A DNA stretch of 64,000 nucleotides from Candidatus Micrarchaeota archaeon (GCA_043812915.1 JBDRLQ010000004.1:32001-96000), one strand, 5' to 3'; counted from the first letter of the stretch, positions 46,574 through 57,161 are shown. Numbers and translations are program-made. The notes: generated from the sequence alone by a model not told the origin.

Positions 46574-47626
46574 TCACCAGTCCCCGAGGGGGTTCTGCTC
46601 GCGCCTTTCCACTTCCTGGAAAATGCGGCTGATTCCCCTTCTTATTGTGGGGTCCCTGGTAGTCCCCCTCACTTCCCTTGCCGTGGACCTGAAAGAGCCG
46701 TTTTCCATCGCGTTGATGAAGACGAAATCAAAGAGCCTCTCGAAGAATTCCCATTTGTGGTCTTCGGACAGCCTGCCAAGCACCCTGCTCGTGAACCTGG
46801 CGTTGAATGCGGCGTCATGCTCGAAGAGCGCAATTGAGAGCCTGTCATAAAAGATTTCCTGAAGGTTCAGGGGCATCCGGTCGGCAAGCTCATCAATCCC
46901 CCTGCCTTCCCTCTCAAGAGATCTGTCGATAAGTATCGTAATCACTCTGCTTGCCGCGAGCAGTGCGTTGCCAGCCCTCGCAACACATCCCTCCTCATAG
47001 AACGGCCCCGGCTGGTATTCATTGACCGCGCGCAGATATTCTTCAACCCTGGAGTTCCATGCCCTGTCCCTCTCCCGGGCAACCCCAATGCTATCGAGCA
47101 TCTCCAGCACCTCAATCAGCACATTCTCATCCTGCTCTGATTCCAGCATCTCGAAAAGCCCTGTCGGTGAAGGGATGGATTCCGGGCTTCTTAGGGGATT
47201 TGATAATGCGGGCGAATTATGGTCAAAATGTAGCATGAATGCCATTCTGCTAAAATCAAAAGTCCTGGAAGTCCTCTGACAGGTGATGCTTTCTTCGCTG
47301 AACTCCCGGCTCATTTCCTCAAGGACGCTCCTTGGTCCTGCATCCTCCTGCTCCGCGGGTCTTTCCGCCTCCCTATCTTCGGGCTGATGCCGCTGGGCTT
47401 CAGCATCCCGGCTCTGCACCAGAGGCGGCCTTATAGGTTCTGCACATGGCTCAATCCTTCCTATGGCTGCGCTGGCATGGTTCAGTTCTTTCCCGTCATC
47501 ATTGCAGCCCCTCCATAAAAGGAAGGTCGCTGCCACAGCTGCTGCGATGGCAGGCGCTGCCATGAGCAGCCTCCGGCGCGGTGCTGGTTTCACCTGGGGC
47601 TGCCCGGGGAAAAGTTTTCTGAACAT
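46574..47626 (-). CDS. Exported/lipoprotein hypothetical protein (paralog of 45542-46534)
   Basis: RRRLLMAAPAIAAAVAATFLLWRGC leader; same shared motifs. Confidence 0.7.
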   Translation of the reverse strand: MFRKLFPGQPQVKPAPRRRLLMAAPAIAAAVAATFLLWRGCNDDGKELNHASAAIGRIEPCAEPIRPPLVQSRDAEAQRHQPEDREAERPAEQEDAGPRSVLEEMSREFSEESITCQRTSRTFDFSRMAFMLHFDHNSPALSNPLRSPESIPSPTGLFEMLESEQDENVLIEVLEMLDSIGVARERDRAWNSRVEEYLRAVNEYQPGPFYEEGCVARAGNALLAASRVITILIDRSLEREGRGIDELADRMPLNLQEIFYDRLSIALFEHDAAFNARFTSRVLGRLSEDHKWEFFERLFDFVFINAMENGSFRSTAREVRGTTRDPTIRRGISRIFQEVERREQNPLGDW

Positions 47627-47677
47627 ATTATACCATTTAATGACAAATAATTAAAAAGGGATAACAAAAGAAAAAGT

Positions 47678-48829
47678 TCACCGGAGGCGTGGCCTTGCCA
47701 TCCTGAAATCCGCGCCGCCGTGCCGAATCTGTGAAAGGGTGTTGATTGCAATCTGGAACTGCTCTGGATCCACCCTCATCCTGCTTGCCGCCGCCCCCCC
47801 GCGCTCGAAAATCCCGATAAGCGCATCCCTGCGGGTTGTGAGCAACTCGACAGCCCTGTCGATAAGCCTGCTCCTGGCATTGCCAATCTCAACGCGCTCT
47901 GTGCCAACTTCACTAAGTTCGCTCCTTGCCTGTTCGATGGTATCCTCAATCAGGCCCAGGACATTCTCCTCGATTAGAGGGTCTGTGATATGGCGCCCGA
48001 CGACAACAACCGCTTCGTCCATTATCGCTATTACTCCTGCCCTGAAATCACCGCCCCGGGTATTTGCCAGGAATGCGGAGCTTATGTTCCGCTCGACAAC
48101 CCCCAGAATCGCGTCCGACTGGGCATAGCGGCCTTCCATCGTTTCCGGGTCTGGCAAGGGCATATCTCCCAAATCTTGGGGCGTGAGCGCGCCTGTCCGA
48201 AGCTCATATATGACTTCACGCGCTTCCCGGACAAGGTCCAGCCTCAGCCTCGCGGAATTATTCAAATCAATGCCGCCCCTCTCCATGAGCCTGCCTAATG
48301 CCTCAGTGACGACGGAGCCGATCAGGCTCTGGACTTCTCCTCTCTCAAGCGCGTTTTCGACGGCAACTTCAGCGAACTGATCCGCGTGCTCGATGACCTC
48401 CCTCATATATGATGAGACGTTCCTTTCAGTGTATGCGCTCTCGAGAATATGCGATGCCTCAGTGTATGAACCTGGATGCGCACTCCTTTCCGGAAGATGC
48501 CTGCCCCCGTCGGGCAACTCGGCCCATTCCCGGGCATCCATCTGGGGGTACATGCCTGCAATATCCGTTGCCCACCCAAGAAGATATGTTTCCAGCCGGC
48601 TTGGCGGAATCCTCTCTTCATGCGCTTCCTCAACAGCGCTGATATATCCATGCGCGGCGTCATGGATGGCCTGCCGGGCAATTGAGGTAATCCTGCTTGC
48701 CTCCTCTGGCTCAAACTGCTGAAGTTCAATCCTCACAGATACGAACTCATATATATTGTCGATTGCCGCCTGAACTTCCTCCCTTAGCGTTGTTTCCGGA
48801 CGCATCCTTCTGCCTTCGGTCTGAGCCAT
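47678..48829 (-). CDS. Lysine-free, Arg/Glu-rich helical hypothetical protein
   Basis: 383-aa ORF with no Lys or Cys; TATA-like element upstream and T-tract downstream. Confidence 0.75.
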   Translation of the reverse strand: MAQTEGRRMRPETTLREEVQAAIDNIYEFVSVRIELQQFEPEEASRITSIARQAIHDAAHGYISAVEEAHEERIPPSRLETYLLGWATDIAGMYPQMDAREWAELPDGGRHLPERSAHPGSYTEASHILESAYTERNVSSYMREVIEHADQFAEVAVENALERGEVQSLIGSVVTEALGRLMERGGIDLNNSARLRLDLVREAREVIYELRTGALTPQDLGDMPLPDPETMEGRYAQSDAILGVVERNISSAFLANTRGGDFRAGVIAIMDEAVVVVGRHITDPLIEENVLGLIEDTIEQARSELSEVGTERVEIGNARSRLIDRAVELLTTRRDALIGIFERGGAAASRMRVDPEQFQIAINTLSQIRHGGADFRMARPRLR

Positions 48830-48956
48830 AACAATCCCTTTGCCATAATGTTATAATATGTTTAAGAAGCCGCCCTAAAGCTTTAAAAATTTCTCGTATT
48901 AAGAACATTCTGCCTTTTTCTAGAAGGTTTTAACTAGTACAATGGAGGTTATGAAT

Positions 48957-50228
48957 ATGGCAAAGAAGGAACACCTGAACTTGGTCTTTATCGGCCACGT
49001 CGACTCTGGTAAGTCGACTTCAGTTGGAAGAATCCTGTACGAGACAGGAGCGGTTTCAGAGCAGGTCCTAAAAAGACTTAAGGATGAAGCGGCGAAGGTA
49101 GGAAAAGCGACATTCGAGTTCGCCTTCGTCATGGACAGCCTGAAAGAAGAGAGGGAGCGCGGAGTTACAATCGACATCGCGCACAAGGAGTTCGAGACGG
49201 ACAAGTACTATTGTACCATTATCGACGCGCCAGGGCACAGGGACTTTGTCAAGAACATGATTACCGGTGCCTCACAGGCAGACGCCGCAGTACTCATGGT
49301 TTCAGTGAAGGATGGTATCCAGCCGCAGACAAAGGAGCATGCGTTCCTTGCAAAAGTGCTTGGCATCAACCAGCTTGCAGTCAACCTTAACAAGATGGAT
49401 GCTGTTAACTACTCCCAGGACGACTTCAACAAGGTCAAGGGAGAAGTTGAGAAGCTTCTTGCAGGCATCGGATACAAGGTTGCTGAAGTGCCTTTCATAC
49501 CCTGCTCAGGATATGCGGGCGACAATGTCACCAAGAAGTCAGCCAATATGCCTTGGTACAACGGCCCGACGCTTCTTGAGGTAATCAACGGCTTCAAGAT
49601 TCCGCCGAAGCCGGTCGATAAGCCGCTCAGGCTGCCCATCCAGGACGTCTTCACAATTACCGGACACGGAACCGTTCCAGTCGGAAGGGTCGAGACCGGT
49701 TCAATGAAGCCTGGAGAGAGCGTTATCGTCATGCCTTCCGGCGCGAAGGGTGAAGTCAAGAAGATCGAGATGCACCACCAGGAACTCACTGTAGCTAACT
49801 GTGGTGACAACGTCGGTTTCAACCTGAAGGGTGTCGAGAAGAAGGACATCAACAGGGGAGACGTGCTCGGTCCCTCAAGCAGCCCGCCGAAAGTCGCGGA
49901 TGAATTCACCGCGCAGGTCGTCGTGCTCAACCACCCGACAGCAATAACAGTCGGATACACACCGGTGTTCCACATCCACACGGCCCAGTTCGCTGCGCGC
50001 GTGCTTGAGATTGTCGAGAAGAAAGACCCGAAGACCGGACAGCCAGTTCCTGGCAAGGTGGAGTTCATCAAGACCGGTGATGTCGCGGTGCTTAAAATCA
50101 AGCCGCTCAAGCCGGTCGTCATCGAGAAGTTCGCCGAGTTCCCGCCTCTTGGCAGGTTCGCAATCAGGGACATGGGCCAGACGGTCGCAGCCGGTGTCGG
50201 TCTCGATGTCAAAGCGAAGACCATGTAG
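48957..50228 (+). CDS. tuf: Translation elongation factor EF-1alpha
   Basis: [41 protein letters not shown]. Confidence 0.99.
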   Translation: MAKKEHLNLVFIGHVDSGKSTSVGRILYETGAVSEQVLKRLKDEAAKVGKATFEFAFVMDSLKEERERGVTIDIAHKEFETDKYYCTIIDAPGHRDFVKNMITGASQADAAVLMVSVKDGIQPQTKEHAFLAKVLGINQLAVNLNKMDAVNYSQDDFNKVKGEVEKLLAGIGYKVAEVPFIPCSGYAGDNVTKKSANMPWYNGPTLLEVINGFKIPPKPVDKPLRLPIQDVFTITGHGTVPVGRVETGSMKPGESVIVMPSGAKGEVKKIEMHHQELTVANCGDNVGFNLKGVEKKDINRGDVLGPSSSPPKVADEFTAQVVVLNHPTAITVGYTPVFHIHTAQFAARVLEIVEKKDPKTGQPVPGKVEFIKTGDVAVLKIKPLKPVVIEKFAEFPPLGRFAIRDMGQTVAAGVGLDVKAKTM

Positions 50229-50503
50229 GTCTTCATTTTTCTTTTCTTTATTCCCTTTTTTTATATGTCAATTCCTGGGTAATTCTGGGCTTCGTCTTAT
50301 TTTCAGCGCTTTCCGATATTCATCCACAGGCCGCATTGGGATGTCCTACCGTTGTCGGATGCAGGGGACGATTACACTGCCCTTAAACATTCTCAGGGAG
50401 TTGCAGTCATCTTCCGGGAATACAAGGCATCAGGGAACGTCTCTTGCCTGCTGCCATTTCGCTCGTAGCTACCCGTCTTTTTCTGCCTGCATTGCTGCCG
50501 CTT

Positions 50504-52306
50504 CTAGCTGTTCTGATGCTTTTTCAGGGTCCTTCGCCCCGTTTTCTTGTGCGGGCTTCTGTTATGGTCATCAGAGGATTTTACTATCCGCAGCCGGATA
50601 ATATTTGATAACTTGCGCTCGCGGAGGATTAGCCAGAGGGAAGAGGCTCTAATGGCGCTCCAAAGGAATAGCGCTGAAGCAATCCCGATGGGTATTGATA
50701 TCCAGTTGAAAATATCCGGCAGAAAGAGCGAATCCACGATTATGTAGGTGTTGGAGAACAACATGAAAAATCCGCCTCCGATGACTAGGTTCCTGACTAT
50801 CGACGCGCGGCTAGTATGGGGCGTGGTCCTTGAGAAAATCGTAGAAAGGGCGTCGAAGAGGTGCTTGATGGAAAGCAAAATGCCTCTTAGTGGCAGCAAG
50901 GAGAACACCGTGAATACCGAAAGAATCAGTACGTCTTCCCCAATCCGGATTCCAGCCACAGACACTTCCGGCTCTATCAGGTCCCTGGTTACAATGAATA
51001 GAAGCAGTACACTCACCAGATAAAGCAGGTCCATCGCCCCCTTCTTGAATTCCGAGATGAGGAGCGAATGGAAAAAACCTTCCGGCTCGAAAGCGCTAAT
51101 CACATTCCTGAAGTATCCGGAGCCATCCCTCATTGTCGACAGAACTGGCTGCGGGACGTGTTTCTTGAGCCATGCGTATATCTCCTCGCTGCGGCCGAGC
51201 GCCAGCGAGCTCGTTACCGAAGTGAGTAGCACTCCCACTGAGGCAAGGCCTACAACGTCGGCCTGGAACAATCCATCTCCCTCCTTGGCAATTAGCAGCG
51301 AGAACTCTCCGAGTGGCAGCATCGCCAGGCCGGAAAAAACAGAAGAACGTCCGCTCCCGCTAATCAGGAAGAAGGCAAACATGGTCGAAAAAAAGACAGT
51401 TACCATAAAGGCACAGATAAGAAGTATGTTCATTCCAAGGGACGATAGCAGGCTTGCAGGGTCAATAAGCATGCCTATCGAGAGGAAGAAAAACGAAGAG
51501 AATACCTGGCCGAAGGGCTTTATGGAGCGCTCGAACTCAGCGCCGTTCGGAAGGCCCGCCATGATGCTTCCGGCCAGGAACGCGCCAATAGCCGGGCTCA
51601 GCCCAAGTATGGAGGCGAGAATGCTCATGCCAATTCCAAGCGCGAAGGAGAACAAAATAATCGAGTCCTCAGCCTGATATCGCATGAAGGTCTGTGCGAA
51701 TTTCCGCAAAAGCTTGAGCAGCACTACATAGCTGAAGCCAAGTATTCCGAAAGAGATGATTGCTGCTCCTACCATCCCTTCAAGATTCGCCGTGCCTGTT
51801 TTAAGGGATGAGAAGAAAGTCAGCATAAAGACCGCAATAAGGTCCTCGATTATCAGTATCGCGACAAGGACGTGCACTTCATGCTTCTTGTCCATCCCCT
51901 TCTGCTGGAGTATCCTCATCATTATGGCAGTGCTGCTGAGGGAAAATATGGCTGCAATGAAAAGGGATGAGATAAGGTCGAAGCCTATGAGTATTGCAAC
52001 CTCATGCATTATCGTGAAAGTGATCAGCATGAGCAGCATACTACTGATTATCGCCCGCAAGCCCGCTGAAAGCAGCTTTGTTACGCTGAACTGAACCCCT
52101 ATCATGAAGAGTAGCAATATGGAACCAATTTCCGCGAAGGTTTCTATTGTCGGAAGGTTCGCTAGGCCAAGGACGTTCGGGCCAATGATCATCCCTCCTA
52201 CTAGCAGTCCGGCGACCGGCGGGAGCCGAAGCCTCACAGAAAGTACTCCTGCTACCATTGCAAAGAGCAGCACCCACTCTAGATTAAGCACTACTTCATT
52301 TTCCAT
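50504..52306 (-). CDS. Cation:proton antiporter (CPA2/Kef-like)
   Basis: SLSSTAI, LIIEDL, IGAFLAG, FFLSIG, LGEFSLLI. Confidence 0.9.
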   Translation of the reverse strand: MENEVVLNLEWVLLFAMVAGVLSVRLRLPPVAGLLVGGMIIGPNVLGLANLPTIETFAEIGSILLLFMIGVQFSVTKLLSAGLRAIISSMLLMLITFTIMHEVAILIGFDLISSLFIAAIFSLSSTAIMMRILQQKGMDKKHEVHVLVAILIIEDLIAVFMLTFFSSLKTGTANLEGMVGAAIISFGILGFSYVVLLKLLRKFAQTFMRYQAEDSIILFSFALGIGMSILASILGLSPAIGAFLAGSIMAGLPNGAEFERSIKPFGQVFSSFFFLSIGMLIDPASLLSSLGMNILLICAFMVTVFFSTMFAFFLISGSGRSSVFSGLAMLPLGEFSLLIAKEGDGLFQADVVGLASVGVLLTSVTSSLALGRSEEIYAWLKKHVPQPVLSTMRDGSGYFRNVISAFEPEGFFHSLLISEFKKGAMDLLYLVSVLLLFIVTRDLIEPEVSVAGIRIGEDVLILSVFTVFSLLPLRGILLSIKHLFDALSTIFSRTTPHTSRASIVRNLVIGGGFFMLFSNTYIIVDSLFLPDIFNWISIPIGIASALFLWSAIRASSLWLILRERKLSNIIRLRIVKSSDDHNRSPHKKTGRRTLKKHQNS

Positions 52307-52382
52307 ATACGCACCGGGAGGATACGCAAGCGAGACTTTAGAGCAAACTTGTTTATATTCCTTTTGAGGCTAATTGTTGGCT

Positions 52383-53675
52383 ATGATTACCAACATAGGC
52401 ACTATTTTTGCTGAGAAATTAGAAGGCAAGGATGTTGCTTTACGCGGATGGGCATATCGCCACAGGACGGCAGGCAAGATGGTCTTTGTTACCATGCGGG
52501 ACCCGACCGGAATCCTTCAGCTGACAGTTAAACAGGACAAGGTGGATGAGAAAGCATGGAAGGACGCCAATGATACCTATGTCGAGAGCTCGTTCACCGT
52601 GCAGGGCCGCGTCGTCAAGGACGAGAGGGCGCCGGGGGGATACGAACTGCAGGTAACTGACTACACGCTTATTTCAAGGGGCGAGCCATTCCCGATTGCC
52701 AAAGACCTGAGCGAGGAATACCTGCTTGACGTCAGGCACCTATGGCTGCGCTCGCAGAAGATGAACAACATCATGAAAGCGCGCCACCATATCATCAACC
52801 ACCTTCGCGCTTTCTTCGACGAAGAAGGGTTCTACGAGGTTGCGCCCCCAATCATAACACGCTCTGGATGCGAAGGCGGTTCCACGCTTTTCGAGATGAA
52901 CTATTTCGGCGAAAAGGCTTACCTTACGCAGAGCTCGCAGATGTACGCCGAGGTTTTTGTTTTCTCTTTGGGAAAGGTCTTCGTGATGGCGCCTTCTTTC
53001 CGTGCCGAGAAGTCCAGGACAATAAGGCACCTTGCCGAGTACTGGCACCTTGAGCCTGAGATGGCATTCTATGACCATGAGATGAACATGCAGTTGCAGG
53101 AGGCGATGGTCGTATACGTCGCCCAGAAGATGGTAAAAGAGCATCCTGAACTGCTGGAGGCATGCGGAAGGAACCCGGAGGACCTGGCGAAAGTGAAAGG
53201 CCCGTTCGAGCGCATGCACTACAATGACGCGGTGGACAAGGTCAACGAGCTTGGCGGCAAGATGGAGCATGGCGATGATTTCGGGACCCCTGATGAGGCG
53301 GTGCTGACAAAAGAATTGACCAAGCCTCTTTTCATAGAGAAATTCCCCAAGAAAATCAAGTCATTCTACATGAAGGAGGACCCGAGCGATCCGGATCACG
53401 TGCTGGCAAATGATTTGCTGGCCCCGGCCGGCCACGGAGAAATCATCGGTGGCTCCGAGCGTATCTGGGACTATGACGAGCTGATGGCCAGGATGAATGA
53501 GGAGAAGCTCGACATGAAGGACTATCAGTGGTATGTTGATTTGCGCAAGTATGGCAGCGTGCCGCATTCAGGATTCGGGCTCGGGATAGAGCGGTTCGTG
53601 AAGTGGATGCTCGATGTGCCCCATATCAGGGACGTCATCCCCTTCCCAAGGACAATCACCAGGTGCTATCCATAG
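52383..53675 (+). CDS. asnS: Asparagine--tRNA ligase
   Basis: OB-fold, RHLWLRS, CEGGSTLF, YLTQSSQMY, FRAEKSRT.RHLAEYW, EIIGGSER, PHSGFGLGIER. Confidence 0.95.
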   Translation: MITNIGTIFAEKLEGKDVALRGWAYRHRTAGKMVFVTMRDPTGILQLTVKQDKVDEKAWKDANDTYVESSFTVQGRVVKDERAPGGYELQVTDYTLISRGEPFPIAKDLSEEYLLDVRHLWLRSQKMNNIMKARHHIINHLRAFFDEEGFYEVAPPIITRSGCEGGSTLFEMNYFGEKAYLTQSSQMYAEVFVFSLGKVFVMAPSFRAEKSRTIRHLAEYWHLEPEMAFYDHEMNMQLQEAMVVYVAQKMVKEHPELLEACGRNPEDLAKVKGPFERMHYNDAVDKVNELGGKMEHGDDFGTPDEAVLTKELTKPLFIEKFPKKIKSFYMKEDPSDPDHVLANDLLAPAGHGEIIGGSERIWDYDELMARMNEEKLDMKDYQWYVDLRKYGSVPHSGFGLGIERFVKWMLDVPHIRDVIPFPRTITRCYP

Positions 53676-54154
53676 GGGCGACAATAAGGAAAGCGAAACT
53701 CAAGGATGTTCCACAGATAATCAAATTGTGGCAGGAGCTCATCTCATGCCACAGGGAAACGTGCGGGTATGATGAGCCTCTTTTCAGGTATGGGGAGGGG
53801 TACCTTCCAATCCAGACGAAATGGACTGAGAAATGCATCCGCTCTAGGAACAGCCTTGTCCTAGTCGCCGAGCATGAAGGGAAACTTGTCGGCTATGCCA
53901 ATGCGGGGATAGCCAAGCTTCCCGAGATTCTCATGCACAACAGGGAAATCCACATGAACGGAATCTACCTTCTGCCAGGATTCAGGAGAAAGGGGATAGG
54001 AACGAAATTGTTCTCTGAAATAGCGAAGTGGGGGAAGAGGAGAAAGATATTCTCAATCGGCCTGGTGGTGAGCGTGCACAACAAGAATGCCTACAAGAGC
54101 TACTGCAAGCTGGGCTTTGATGGGCATCACATCAAGATGAGCAGGGTCATCTGA
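53663..54154 (+). CDS. GNAT family acetyltransferase
   Basis: IRKAKLKD, YLLPGFRRKGIGTKL, NKNAYKSYCKLGF. Start uncertain (GTG). Confidence 0.88.
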   Translation: MLSIGATIRKAKLKDVPQIIKLWQELISCHRETCGYDEPLFRYGEGYLPIQTKWTEKCIRSRNSLVLVAEHEGKLVGYANAGIAKLPEILMHNREIHMNGIYLLPGFRRKGIGTKLFSEIAKWGKRRKIFSIGLVVSVHNKNAYKSYCKLGFDGHHIKMSRVI

Positions 54155-54160
54155 TTCCGG

Positions 54161-55774
54161 CTAAGGCCCATTCTTTTTTATTTTTGAATACTCTTTCGCA
54201 AGGTCCCCCACCTCGATGAGCTTGCCGTTTGCAGATTCCACCGTAGAGACGGCATCCACAAAAACGCTTCCTGAATATGCCTTCTGGGACTTGAGCCTTG
54301 AGATATGGCTGGCATAAGCGGCAATCACCTTTTTCTCAAGGATGCCAGAGGTCCTCTTCAGCTTCTTGAGCAGTCTTTGGTCTATCTCAGGGAAAGGGCT
54401 CATGGCAATCCTGAAATTTTCCCGGAAGCGCTGGTAAACATCATTAAGTTCAGTCTTGGCGTCCTCCGAGAAGTAGGATCCGGATCGATTCATTCCCTGG
54501 AAGCCTTTGGCCATCCCCTCCGCATTGTCTCCGATGCGCTCAAGGACATTGGAAATCCGGACTAGGAGCACAATCCTCCGTGCCTCGTCTTCGGTGAGCC
54601 TGCGTTTCGAAAGCTCGACCAGGGCGGAGCTGATTTTCTTGTCCAGAAAGTCGTTCAAGACCTCAAGCTTCGAGACCTTCTGCATCTTCTCATCACTGTA
54701 GGCCTTGATCAGGGAGATTGAATTGTCAAAAAGGTCAACGGTCACCTGTATCGAGTAATTTAGCTCGTTTTCTATTAGGGCAAATGCCTCAGCGTTCCTT
54801 TCCGGGAGCCCGTTGCTGAGGTACTTTGTGTGCAGCAGAATCTCCTTTTCTGTTCCTGGCACCACCCGCCGTACGATTGCCTCGAACTGCTTGAACGCGA
54901 CGAGGAAGACTGCAAGGGCCGCGAAGTTGAATATCAGGTGCGCGTTAGCAATCTGTCTTGCCTCGTTCCCGCCCAAATAAGCCACGAATCCCTCAAAGGG
55001 GCCCAGGAATGGGAGTATCAGCAGCACCCCGATAATGTTGAATAATATGTGTGATGCTGCCGCTCTCCTGGCATAGAGATTCATCTTCGCCGAGGCAAGG
55101 AGCGCTGTGATTGTTGTGCCGATGTTCGCCCCAAGGATAAGAGGTATTCCCTGCGCCATCGTCAGCATCCCCTCGCTAGCAAGCAGCACGACAATGCCTG
55201 TCGTTACAGAGCTCGACTGCACAAGGTTCGTGAAAAGGAATCCTGCGATGATGCCCAGCAGCACATTGTCAAACATGGTGAGTATCATGAGGGCCTGCGG
55301 GTCACTCTTGAACGGGGCCAGCGCGTCGGATATGAAAGTCAGGCTGAAGAATACAAGGCCGAAGTAGAAAATCGGCTTTCCGATGAACCTGTACCTGCCG
55401 CCAACGACACTGAGCAGGAAGCCCAGTACAATGAAAAGCGGACCAAAGCTCGTTAGCTTGAACGCGACCAGCTGCGCCGTAACTGTGGTCCCTAGGTTGG
55501 AGCCCAGTATGATTCCCAGGCTCTGCGTGAATGAGATTATTCCTGAATTGACGAGCCCGACCGTTATTGTTGTCGTGGCAGTGCTCGATTGTATGACTGC
55601 GGTGATCGCGGCGCCAAGAAGTGCCCCGAATACCGGCCGTTTCGTAATCCTGGCAAGGGCGCTCCTGAATCTTTCTCCTGCCACCCGCTGCACTTCCTTG
55701 CTGAAGTTCTCTATCCCGTAAAGGAAAAGTATCACTCCAGGCACAACAGCGAAGAGCAGAGCCAGCTCGTCCAT
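54161..55774 (-). CDS. Na/Pi cotransporter family protein with PhoU-like domain
   Basis: Two QSS repeats (IQSSTAT, VQSSSVT), GSNLGTT/GANIGTT, LERIGD. Confidence 0.93.
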   Translation of the reverse strand: MDELALLFAVVPGVILFLYGIENFSKEVQRVAGERFRSALARITKRPVFGALLGAAITAVIQSSTATTTITVGLVNSGIISFTQSLGIILGSNLGTTVTAQLVAFKLTSFGPLFIVLGFLLSVVGGRYRFIGKPIFYFGLVFFSLTFISDALAPFKSDPQALMILTMFDNVLLGIIAGFLFTNLVQSSSVTTGIVVLLASEGMLTMAQGIPLILGANIGTTITALLASAKMNLYARRAAASHILFNIIGVLLILPFLGPFEGFVAYLGGNEARQIANAHLIFNFAALAVFLVAFKQFEAIVRRVVPGTEKEILLHTKYLSNGLPERNAEAFALIENELNYSIQVTVDLFDNSISLIKAYSDEKMQKVSKLEVLNDFLDKKISSALVELSKRRLTEDEARRIVLLVRISNVLERIGDNAEGMAKGFQGMNRSGSYFSEDAKTELNDVYQRFRENFRIAMSPFPEIDQRLLKKLKRTSGILEKKVIAAYASHISRLKSQKAYSGSVFVDAVSTVESANGKLIEVGDLAKEYSKIKKNGP

Positions 55775-55829
55775 AGAAAAAGAATGGGTTCATAGTTTTT
55801 AAAGCTAATAGGAAGAAAAAAAGGAAAAC

Positions 55830-56291
55830 TCATTCGTCGTCGGCGTACCTGTAGTAGCCGTTGACGAACTTATAATCGAAGAGCTCGCTTGCCTTGAAGA
55901 ACCTTGGCACTTCCTTCGCCGCTGTCTCAACGGAGTCGGACGCGTGGATTACGTTCCTGGAGGTGCTGTTGGAGAAGTCGCCGCGGATTGTCCCTGCCGG
56001 GGCTTTCGTCGCGTTGGTCGGGCCCACGATGAGACGGACGGTCTCAACTGCTTCCTTTCCCTCAACGACCATCCCTATAATGGGGTTTCCGGTCATGAAC
56101 TTCTCAAGGTCAGCGTAGAAAGGCTTGTCGACAAGGTGAGCGTAGTGCTGCTTGGACACTTCAGGCGTTAGCCTGAGCATCTTCATGCCGACTATCTTCA
56201 GGCCCTTCTTCTCGAACCTTGCGGTAATCTCTCCGACAAGTCCTCTCTGGATTGCATCAGGCTTAATCAGGAGAAGTGTTCTCTCTGCCAT
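55830..56291 (-). CDS. ndk: Nucleoside diphosphate kinase
   Basis: IKPDAIQRGL, GTIRGDF, NVIHASDS. Confidence 0.97.
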   Translation of the reverse strand: MAERTLLLIKPDAIQRGLVGEITARFEKKGLKIVGMKMLRLTPEVSKQHYAHLVDKPFYADLEKFMTGNPIIGMVVEGKEAVETVRLIVGPTNATKAPAGTIRGDFSNSTSRNVIHASDSVETAAKEVPRFFKASELFDYKFVNGYYRYADDE

Positions 56292-56296
56292 CAGAA

Positions 56297-56545
56297 TCAC
56301 TTCTTTTTAGGCTTCTCCTTCGTCTTCTCCGTGGGGGCATCTGCTTTCTTGGCCCTCGTCCTGGTGCTTTCCTTGAACTTCTTGGCGGCTGTGGTCCAGT
56401 TCTGCCTCCTTCCTTCCCTTCTCAGCACGAGCATATTCTTCTTGCACTTGCTGCAACAGAAGCGGTAGACAGTACCATCCTTTTTCGCGTAGGTGAGCCC
56501 GGTCCCCTTCGAAATCGGGTCATCACAGAATGAACAGTTGAACAT
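56297..56545 (-). CDS. rpl24e: 50S ribosomal protein eL24
   Basis: CSFC..GTG..KKDG..FCCSKCKKN..WT. Confidence 0.95.
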   Translation of the reverse strand: MFNCSFCDDPISKGTGLTYAKKDGTVYRFCCSKCKKNMLVLRREGRRQNWTTAAKKFKESTRTRAKKADAPTEKTKEKPKKK

Positions 56546-56556
56546 TTTCAATCCCT

Positions 56557-56769
56557 CTATCTAGCCTTGATTTCCTTGGCTTCCCTGTCCGTGTCGAGAA
56601 GGACGATTATCATCCCTTTTTTCACAGGACCCTTTATGTTCCTGAGGATGACACGCCCTGCATCGGGACCCTCGAGCACCTTGCAGAGGACCTGATAAAT
56701 CTCGCCATATACGCCGGTCTTTGTTCGGACCTCGACGATTTCGGCGGGAACGGCTTGTTTCTCTACCAT
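56557..56769 (-). CDS. rps28e: 30S ribosomal protein eS28
   Basis: TGVYGE..V..RNIKGPV..TDREA. Confidence 0.95.
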   Translation of the reverse strand: MVEKQAVPAEIVEVRTKTGVYGEIYQVLCKVLEGPDAGRVILRNIKGPVKKGMIIVLLDTDREAKEIKAR

Positions 56770-56783
56770 GAGTATCACTCAGT

Positions 56784-57161
56784 TTATTCTTTCTTCTCCT
56801 CTTTCCCCGGCTTCGGGAGTTTCTTCAGTATGTCCGCCAGCTTCTCAGCTGCAGAGCCTCCGTTTTCCACCGCGACCGCGGAAGTCCCGACAGCCATTCC
56901 AATGCTCTCTCCTAGTTCCTTCTTGGTCGGAACGAACGCGTATGGCACTCCCTTCTCCTTGCAGAGAATCGGTATGTGCACCACAATCTCTTCAGGGCTG
57001 ACATCCCCGGCCATCACCACGAACTGCGCGGTCTTCCTCTCAACGGACTTGGTGGTCTCGTTGATTCCCTTCTTTACCTTGCCGTCATCCTTGGCGACAG
57101 AGAGCATCTCTACTATCTGGGGCACAAGTTCAGCTGGTGTTTCTACGTCTATGTATGCCAT
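56784..57161 (-). CDS. rpl7ae: Ribosomal protein eL8/L7Ae
   Basis: KKGINETTKSVER, DVSPEEIV, KKELG. Confidence 0.96.
   Translation of the reverse strand: MAYIDVETPAELVPQIVEMLSVAKDDGKVKKGINETTKSVERKTAQFVVMAGDVSPEEIVVHIPILCKEKGVPYAFVPTKKELGESIGMAVGTSAVAVENGGSAAEKLADILKKLPKPGKEEKKE

Noticed and set aside
47678..48829. Codon reassignment as the explanation for missing lysines
   Set aside because: Conserved Lys residues in EF-1alpha, GlmS and ribosomal proteins use AAA/AAG normally, and a tRNA-Lys(UUU) is present.
50270..50500. Possible gene or RNA between tuf and the antiporter
   Set aside because: Only short ORFs without motifs and no convincing structure.
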